From Limisphaerales bacterium (GTDB lineage: Bacteria > Patescibacteriota > Microgenomatia > UBA1400 > PJMF01): a stretch of DNA of 64,000 nucleotides. Position 1 is the stretch's first letter; each line of letters begins with the position of its first letter. Under the pieces are notes generated by a model, which was given only the letters and a program-made list of their open reading frames with translations, did no database searches and had not been told where the DNA came from. The stretch lies in the NCBI GenBank assembly GCA_044350895.1, contig JBILGT010000004.1:3829-67828 (forward strand). The letters are read 5' to 3'. Shown here one piece after another: positions 58,012 to 64,000 of this stretch. A program made the position numbers and the translations under genes.

Positions 58012-60099
58012 ATGCCAGATCCTGCCCAAGATTCAGGGAATGTAACGATATCAGTGCCACAAAATGTGCCGATACAGATATCTTCAGTTCCTGATGTTAC
58101 ACCACCAGCTCCGCTTCCAGAACTTGATGTATCTCAAGTTGCTGATTCGCTTGAATCCACAGTCGCAAATCTTACTGAGGTCAGTGCTCCTATGTCTGTG
58201 CAAGGTGCTCCAGCTGCAGATGTCTCGGCTCCGCAGATTCAAACTGCACAACCAGTTGTTGCAGCGCAACCACTCAATTCACAAGCTCCAGTACCGCCGT
58301 ATCCAACTGTTGCTGAACAACCTTCTCATCAAGCTGGTGATTTGAATCCTGGCCCAACTGGAAGTCAAAAGTACAGCAGTATTCTGGATGTCTTAATTGC
58401 TCAGGGTTCAATCAGCCAAGATCTTGGAAACAAACTTTCAGTTGATCAAATTACAACGGGTAAAACAATTGAATCATTGATTGCTGAGAACAACTTGGTA
58501 TCTGAAGAATTACTCACTCGCGCCAAAGCTACTTTTCATAACATCCCTTTTATAAAGCTGACTGATGTCGGTGTTTTCCCTGAAGCTATCACGCAGCTTC
58601 CTGAAGGTGCTGCGCGGCACTATGCCATGCTGCCATTTGCTTTTGATAAGAATGAAGGAACGCTTTCAGTTGCAATGAAGGACCCTCTTGATCTCACTGC
58701 AATTGATTTCGCACAGCAAAAAACTGGCTATCGAATAATTGCTAACTATGCGATGCCAACTGAAGTTGATCGGATGATTGCGGAGTACTACTCGCAAACA
58801 CTCTCCAGTGAAGTCACTGCTGCCCTTGAACAGACCAATCAAATGGCTGAGGCTCAAGCTAAGCGCAGTAATTTAAATGATCTTTCCAAAGAAACGATTC
58901 GCCAAGCTCCAATCACCAAAATCGTTGAGACGCTCGTGGCTTTTGCTATTAAAGCTCGTGCCTCAGATATTCATATTGAACCACTCGAAGACCGAACTCG
59001 TGTACGGTACCGTATTGACGGTATTTTGAATGAAAAGCTCATTCTCCCTAAGAATGTGCATGATGCCGTTGTTTCACGTATCAAAATTTTGTCAGGTCTG
59101 AAGATCGACGAAAAGCGTATTCCGCAAGACGGTCGGTTCAACTATGCCACCCAAGAAGAAGAAGTTGACTTGCGTGTATCAACACTGCCAACTATTCACG
59201 GAGAAAAGATTGTGATGCGGTTATTGAAGAAAGACGCCCAAGTTCCGCAGCTCCCTGAACTTGGACTTGATGGTCTGGCACTGCATAAAGTAGATGAGTC
59301 TATCAAAGTACCGCACGGCATTGTTTTGATCACGGGACCGACAGGTTCTGGTAAAACAACGACGCTCTACTCTATCTTACACAAGATCAACACGCCAAAA
59401 GTAAACATCATGACGCTGGAAGATCCAGTTGAGTATCAAATGACAGGCGTCAATCAAGTGCAGATCAACCCACAAGCAGGTCTGACCTTTGCCTCAGGTT
59501 TGCGTTCATTCCTGCGGCAAGATCCAAACGTCATCATGGTGGGAGAAATCCGGGATAGTGAAACTGCCGAGTTGGCTATTCAAGCTGCGCTCACTGGTCA
59601 CTTGGTCTTCTCTACCCTACACACTTCATCAGCTGCTGGTGCACTCCCTCGTCTTATGGACATGGGTGCTGAGCCATTCTTGTTGGCATCTTCAATGACC
59701 TGTGTGATGGCGCAGCGTGTGTTGCGTAAGATTCACCCTGAGTGGAAAGAAGAGTACACTCCTGAGAAAGCAGTACTTGATGATATTAAAGAAGTCTTGG
59801 GTGATAAGTTTCTTCCTTGGTGCAAAAAGAATAATAAAGATCCAGAAAAAATTACACTCTGGAGATCAAGAAAAGACCGACCTGAAAGTGAACCTGAGTA
59901 TAAAGGTCGTATCGCTATTTTTGAGGTGATGAAAATATCTGAAGAAATTGCTAAACTGATTCTGGAGCGTAAACCAGCAAGTGAAATGGAAAAAGTAGCA
60001 CTTAAAGAAGGTATGCTCTTTATGAAGCAAGATGGATATATTAAAGCTCTATCTGGAGTAACGAGTATTGAAGAGGTACTGCGCGTGGCGCAAATTTAA
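58012..60099 (+). CDS. pilB: type IV pilus assembly ATPase PilB/GspE with long Pro/Ala/Gln-rich N-terminal region
   Basis: GSPII_E N-domain, Walker A LITGPTGSGKTTTL, a His box and Cys-tetrad remnants. The start may instead be the internal ATG 58192 (GAGGT RBS). Confidence 0.85.
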   Translation: MPDPAQDSGNVTISVPQNVPIQISSVPDVTPPAPLPELDVSQVADSLESTVANLTEVSAPMSVQGAPAADVSAPQIQTAQPVVAAQPLNSQAPVPPYPTVAEQPSHQAGDLNPGPTGSQKYSSILDVLIAQGSISQDLGNKLSVDQITTGKTIESLIAENNLVSEELLTRAKATFHNIPFIKLTDVGVFPEAITQLPEGAARHYAMLPFAFDKNEGTLSVAMKDPLDLTAIDFAQQKTGYRIIANYAMPTEVDRMIAEYYSQTLSSEVTAALEQTNQMAEAQAKRSNLNDLSKETIRQAPITKIVETLVAFAIKARASDIHIEPLEDRTRVRYRIDGILNEKLILPKNVHDAVVSRIKILSGLKIDEKRIPQDGRFNYATQEEEVDLRVSTLPTIHGEKIVMRLLKKDAQVPQLPELGLDGLALHKVDESIKVPHGIVLITGPTGSGKTTTLYSILHKINTPKVNIMTLEDPVEYQMTGVNQVQINPQAGLTFASGLRSFLRQDPNVIMVGEIRDSETAELAIQAALTGHLVFSTLHTSSAAGALPRLMDMGAEPFLLASSMTCVMAQRVLRKIHPEWKEEYTPEKAVLDDIKEVLGDKFLPWCKKNNKDPEKITLWRSRKDRPESEPEYKGRIAIFEVMKISEEIAKLILERKPASEMEKVALKEGMLFMKQDGYIKALSGVTSIEEVLRVAQI

Positions 60100-60110
60100 A
60101 GGAATTTTCT

Positions 60111-61166
60111 ATGAACATCCATGATATTTTGGACCAACTCGTAACAATGGAAGGTTCTGACATCCATATTGTTGTGGGTACACCGCCAATGGTGCGTGTG
60201 GATGGACATCTCAAGCCAGTCGAGGGTGCTCCTATTCTTACTGCCGAACAAGCAGAAGCTCTCATCTTTCCTCTCCTCTCCCAAGAACAGAAAGACTACG
60301 TCCATGTTAATAAGGAACTGGACTTTGGCTATCAATTTCAGGATAAGGGTCGGTTCCGTATTAACGTCTATCATGCCAAAGGAACTATTGCTGCGGCACT
60401 ACGGTTGATTCCCGCACAAATTAAAAGTCTTGAAGAATTACAACTACCGCCAATTGTGAGCGAGTTTGCCAATTATAAGCAGGGATTGATTCTGCTTACT
60501 GGCCCTACTGGTGAAGGTAAATCAACTACTCTGGCGGCCATCATTGATCAAATCAATGGCTCACGCGCTGATCATATTGTTACCGTTGAAGATCCAATTG
60601 AGTTTGTGTACACCCCAAAGAAATGTATTATTTCCCAGCGTGAAATCAATCACGACACCAACTCATGGGAAATTTCGTTGCGTTCAGTACTCCGTGAAGA
60701 TCCTGACGTTGTGCTCATCGGTGAAATGCGTGACTATGAAACAATTGCCTCTGCAATTACGATTGCTGAAACTGGCCACTTGGTATTTGCTACTCTACAT
60801 ACCTCCACAGCCGCTGAAACAATCGACCGTATTGTGGACGTCTTCCCTGCTCATCAACAAGGCCAGGTTCGGCAACAACTTGCTGCAACTGTGAAGGTCG
60901 TTGCTTCACAACGCTTGCTGCAAACTGTTACTGGCAAGCGAACTGCAGTCCTGGAAGTCATGATTGGAAATCCAGCTATTCGAAATCTTATTCGTGAAGG
61001 TAAAACTCATCAAATTGATACTGTCATCCAAACTTCTGGAGAAATGGGTATGATGTTATTTGAAGCACATTTGCAACAATTGGTTCAGCGCGGACTTATT
61101 ACTGCTGAAACTGCAATTGCACATGCGTTCCGTCCAACAGAAATCCAACGATTACTCGGAAGGTAA
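60111..61166 (+). CDS. pilT: twitching-motility retraction ATPase PilT
   Basis: LLTGPTGEGKSTTL and a conserved PilT C-terminal region. Confidence 0.85.
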   Translation: MNIHDILDQLVTMEGSDIHIVVGTPPMVRVDGHLKPVEGAPILTAEQAEALIFPLLSQEQKDYVHVNKELDFGYQFQDKGRFRINVYHAKGTIAAALRLIPAQIKSLEELQLPPIVSEFANYKQGLILLTGPTGEGKSTTLAAIIDQINGSRADHIVTVEDPIEFVYTPKKCIISQREINHDTNSWEISLRSVLREDPDVVLIGEMRDYETIASAITIAETGHLVFATLHTSTAAETIDRIVDVFPAHQQGQVRQQLAATVKVVASQRLLQTVTGKRTAVLEVMIGNPAIRNLIREGKTHQIDTVIQTSGEMGMMLFEAHLQQLVQRGLITAETAIAHAFRPTEIQRLLGR

Positions 61167-61181
61167 GAAAGTTTTAGAAGT

Positions 61182-62384
61182 ATGCCGTATTTTACTTATA
61201 TAGCCAAAAATCAATACAGCGAAACAGTTAAGGGTAAAGTTGAAGCTCGTAACATTCGCCAAGCAGCAATGGAGCTTTCAATTCGTAAACTTCTTGTGAT
61301 TGATATTCATCCACTCACAGAGGATTCGCTTGCTGCAATTAAATCTTTATTATTTGGCGTGAAATTTACTGATATTGTGAACTTTACCCGGCAGCTTTCT
61401 ACAATGATCTCTGCTGGATTACCACTGGCCACTTCTCTTTCGATTCTCGTTCAACAAAGTAAAACTGATATGTCCCGACTTGTAGCAAACTTGCTACAAG
61501 AAATTGAAGGTGGAACGACATTCGGTGATGCCTTGATGAAGCATCCAAAGATTTTCTCTTCCATTTATGTGCAGCTCGTAAAGGCTGGTGAGCTCGGTGG
61601 TGTGCTTGATGATATCTTGGCACGGTTGGCAACCAATTTGGAGAAGAATAAAGAATTTCGTTCCAAAACACGCGGTGCCATGATCTATCCAATCATCGTT
61701 GTTATTGCAATGTTTGCTGTTGCCACAATCATGATGATCTTCGTCATTCCTAAGTTGACATCAATGTATACAGAGTTTGGTGCTGACCTACCACTTCCAA
61801 CAAAGATTTTAGTTGCTGTCTCTTCGTTTATGGCCACCTTCTGGTGGGCACTCGGTTTGGGACTTTTTGGTGGGAGTGTTATGTTCCAGCGATGGCTCAA
61901 AACTAAGGCCGGTCGAAAAACTTGGGATAGATTCTTACTGAAGATACCTATCTTAGGTGAATTAATTAAGAAAATCATTCTTACTGAGTTCTCAAGAACA
62001 TTGGCCTTACTGCTTGGTGCCGGTATTTCCTTACTGCAAGCCATGGAGATAGTGACCCAAGGTGTTGATAACGTTATTTATCAGGAAGCATTAGTAGATG
62101 CTACTAAACAAATTGAGAAAGGTGTGCCGCTTTCAAAAGCAATTGCTCGGTATGAGGAGTTCCCTCCAATCTTACACCAGATGATTTCAGTTGGAGAAGA
62201 AACTGGACGTCTTGATGACGTGCTGGGCAAGCTTTCAGCATATTTTGAACAAGAAAGTGAGCAGGCAGTAAAGAACCTCACTGTAGCAATTGAACCTCTG
62301 ATTATGATTGTATTAGGTATTGGTGTCGGTGCTATGGTGATTGCTGTAATTATGCCAATCTATAACTTAACGAGTCAATTTTAG
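61182..62384 (+). CDS. pilC: type IV pilus platform protein PilC (GspF family)
   Basis: Two T2SSF repeats and three transmembrane helices. Confidence 0.85.
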   Translation: MPYFTYIAKNQYSETVKGKVEARNIRQAAMELSIRKLLVIDIHPLTEDSLAAIKSLLFGVKFTDIVNFTRQLSTMISAGLPLATSLSILVQQSKTDMSRLVANLLQEIEGGTTFGDALMKHPKIFSSIYVQLVKAGELGGVLDDILARLATNLEKNKEFRSKTRGAMIYPIIVVIAMFAVATIMMIFVIPKLTSMYTEFGADLPLPTKILVAVSSFMATFWWALGLGLFGGSVMFQRWLKTKAGRKTWDRFLLKIPILGELIKKIILTEFSRTLALLLGAGISLLQAMEIVTQGVDNVIYQEALVDATKQIEKGVPLSKAIARYEEFPPILHQMISVGEETGRLDDVLGKLSAYFEQESEQAVKNLTVAIEPLIMIVLGIGVGAMVIAVIMPIYNLTSQF

Positions 62385-62462
62385 TAAAAAGGTAAAAATA
62401 CCTCTTGCACAAAGCAATTACATATGTGTACAGTAGGTACTAGGACAAAAAAAGGAAATTAT

Positions 62463-63143
62463 ATGCACTTCATTTCTGACACTCTTTCTCGCATGAAAAC
62501 TAAAACTGCGCAAGCTGGTTTTACGATGATTGAGTTGCTGATCGTTATCTCAATCTTAGGTATCTTGGCTGTTGCAGTTCTGTCAGCAATCAATCCAGTA
62601 GAACAAATTAATAGAGGTCGGGATACTGGTACTCGTTCTGACGCAGAGCAACTGCTTTCGGCAATTGACCGCTTCAATGCTTTCCAAGGATTCTTCCCAT
62701 GGCAGGAAAATGCTGGTAGTAGTAATACAGGAGTCGCGATGGGTATAATTTCAACAACATTTCCAACAACTAACGTTGGTACTACCCCATGTCCAACTTT
62801 AACACGGTTGGCAGAGGGTGTGGCTAATACACCATGTATCGGAGCTCAAGAACTCAAGTCTTCGTTCATTGCTCGGCTCGCTACCAGTCCAGGTGCTCGG
62901 CCAATGTACGTTTATAATGCTGGCACACAAGGAGCTAGTACCTATATTTGTTTCGTACCTCAGTCTAATGCGTTCTTGCAGGAAGCAACAACCCGTTGTG
63001 CTACCACGGGGGGAATTCCATCAGACTTGAGCGTTATGACAACCGTTGTCTGTGACGGACCTTCTCCAACAACAACAGGACGTACAACTGCTGCACTTAT
63101 GAGTCAGTTTGCCGGTAAGGGAGCTGCTATCTGTCTACCTTAG
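62463..63143 (+). CDS. type IV pilin (prepilin with class III signal, mature N-terminus FTMIELLIV)
   Basis: The G|FTMIEL cleavage/methylation motif has Glu at +5. AGGAAA RBS 6 nt upstream of ATG 62463; ATG 62493 is an alternative giving a 9-aa leader. Six Cys in the globular domain. Confidence 0.75.
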   Translation: MHFISDTLSRMKTKTAQAGFTMIELLIVISILGILAVAVLSAINPVEQINRGRDTGTRSDAEQLLSAIDRFNAFQGFFPWQENAGSSNTGVAMGIISTTFPTTNVGTTPCPTLTRLAEGVANTPCIGAQELKSSFIARLATSPGARPMYVYNAGTQGASTYICFVPQSNAFLQEATTRCATTGGIPSDLSVMTTVVCDGPSPTTTGRTTAALMSQFAGKGAAICLP

Positions 63144-63164
63144 AATAAGTATAAAAGAAAAAGA

Positions 63165-63190
63165 AACCCCGCCCATCAGCGGGGTTTTTA
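63165..63190 (+). terminator. rho-independent terminator after the pilin gene
   Basis: AACCCCGC-ccatca-GCGGGGTT followed by TTT. Confidence 0.7.
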
Positions 63191-63220
63191 GTTCACTGTG
63201 ATACACTGGAATGGTCATGC

Positions 63221-64000
63221 TCTTGCTTACTGCACTCTTCATATTTTTTCTATTTTTTCTGGGTGCCTGCATTGGAAGTTTTTTGAATGTGGTTATCTAT
63301 CGCACTGCCATCAATGAGTCATGGGTATCTGGCCGTTCACACTGCGAAAATTGCAAAAAAGCAATTGCCTGGTATGACAACATTCCGCTTTTGTCATATA
63401 CAGTACTGCGGGGTAAATGTCGGAATTGTAAAAGTGCTCTTTCAATCTCACATCCCGTTGTAGAGGGATTAATGGGATTTCTTTTTGTGTGGTGGTACTT
63501 AGTGGGCTCACTCTTTTTCCAACTCACCCAGCAGCCCTTCACGTTTTTGCAGCCACTTTTTTGGTTACTGGTGGGCATCATACTGCTCTTTATTTTGATT
63601 ATTGATTACCGGTACCTCATTATTTCTGATACAGCAGTTTTTTCGCTGACGTTGCTGGTTGTTGCATATCGCCTCTTACTGGTTTTAGCAGGCATCATGA
63701 GAATCCAAGATCTAATAATAGCGTGTATCGGTATGGCAGTCAGTGTGCTCTTTTTCTGGTCATTATGGTTCTTTACCAAAGGCCGTGGACTTGGATTTGG
63801 CGACGTGAAACTGGCAGTTCCTCTGAGTTTGCTGGTAGGTTGGCCAGATGTGCTAGTCTGGTTATTTAGTAGCTTTTGTTTGGGTGCAGTCGTAGGCATT
63901 GTGCTACTTATTTTTGGTAAAGCAAAATTAGGCAAACCTATACCGTTTGGGCCATTCCTCATCATCGGCTCGATCATTAGTCTTATTTGGGGTAACCAGC
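63221..64000 (+). CDS. pilD: prepilin peptidase (A24 family), 3' partial at window edge
   Basis: Not in the ORF track because there is no stop in the window. Frame translated by hand: N-terminal tetra-Cys CENCKK ... CRNCKS, a GFGDVKLAVPL catalytic Asp box, and PFGPFLIIG. Confidence 0.8.

Overview
This is a compact, low-GC, gene-dense bacterial window whose gene content fits an ultra-small Candidate Phyla Radiation / Saccharibacteria-like genome. The fit rests on a short EF-Ts, tRNA genes without encoded CCA, a type IV pilus locus, an FkbM methyltransferase and many small secreted proteins, and is an inference. Most of the window is housekeeping: HtrA (5' partial), prfA, rpmE, hisS, dnaB, glyA, folD, rpsB-tsf, queA/tgt, lgt-lspA-rluA, gyrB-ppa-gyrA, a holB-like gene, a xerC/D-type recombinase, and three tRNAs (Ala-CGC, Leu-CAA, Ala-GGC). 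A complete pilB-pilT-pilC-pilin operon ends in a strong intrinsic terminator and is followed by a 3'-partial prepilin peptidase (pilD) that the ORF track missed. The regions worth a second look are: (1) a roughly 70-nt leader element present twice, each copy about 25 nt downstream of a -10 box and upstream of a different hypothetical gene, with compensatory hairpins; (2) a four-gene minus-strand operon of secreted proteins with cohesin-like and dockerin-like modules; (3) two tandem, highly divergent cytidylate-kinase-like paralogs with large insertions; (4) a tRNA-Leu-flanked trio of a HIT/GalT-like HxHxQ protein, an unknown, and a Fic-motif protein; (5) a 1.2-kb non-coding gap with nested inverted repeats and one perfect DnaA-box 9-mer, sitting between convergent gene blocks near xerC/D; (6) a pseudoknot-capable leader upstream of a YhhQ-type queuosine-precursor transporter. 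All functional calls come from motif recognition by eye; no database searches were run.
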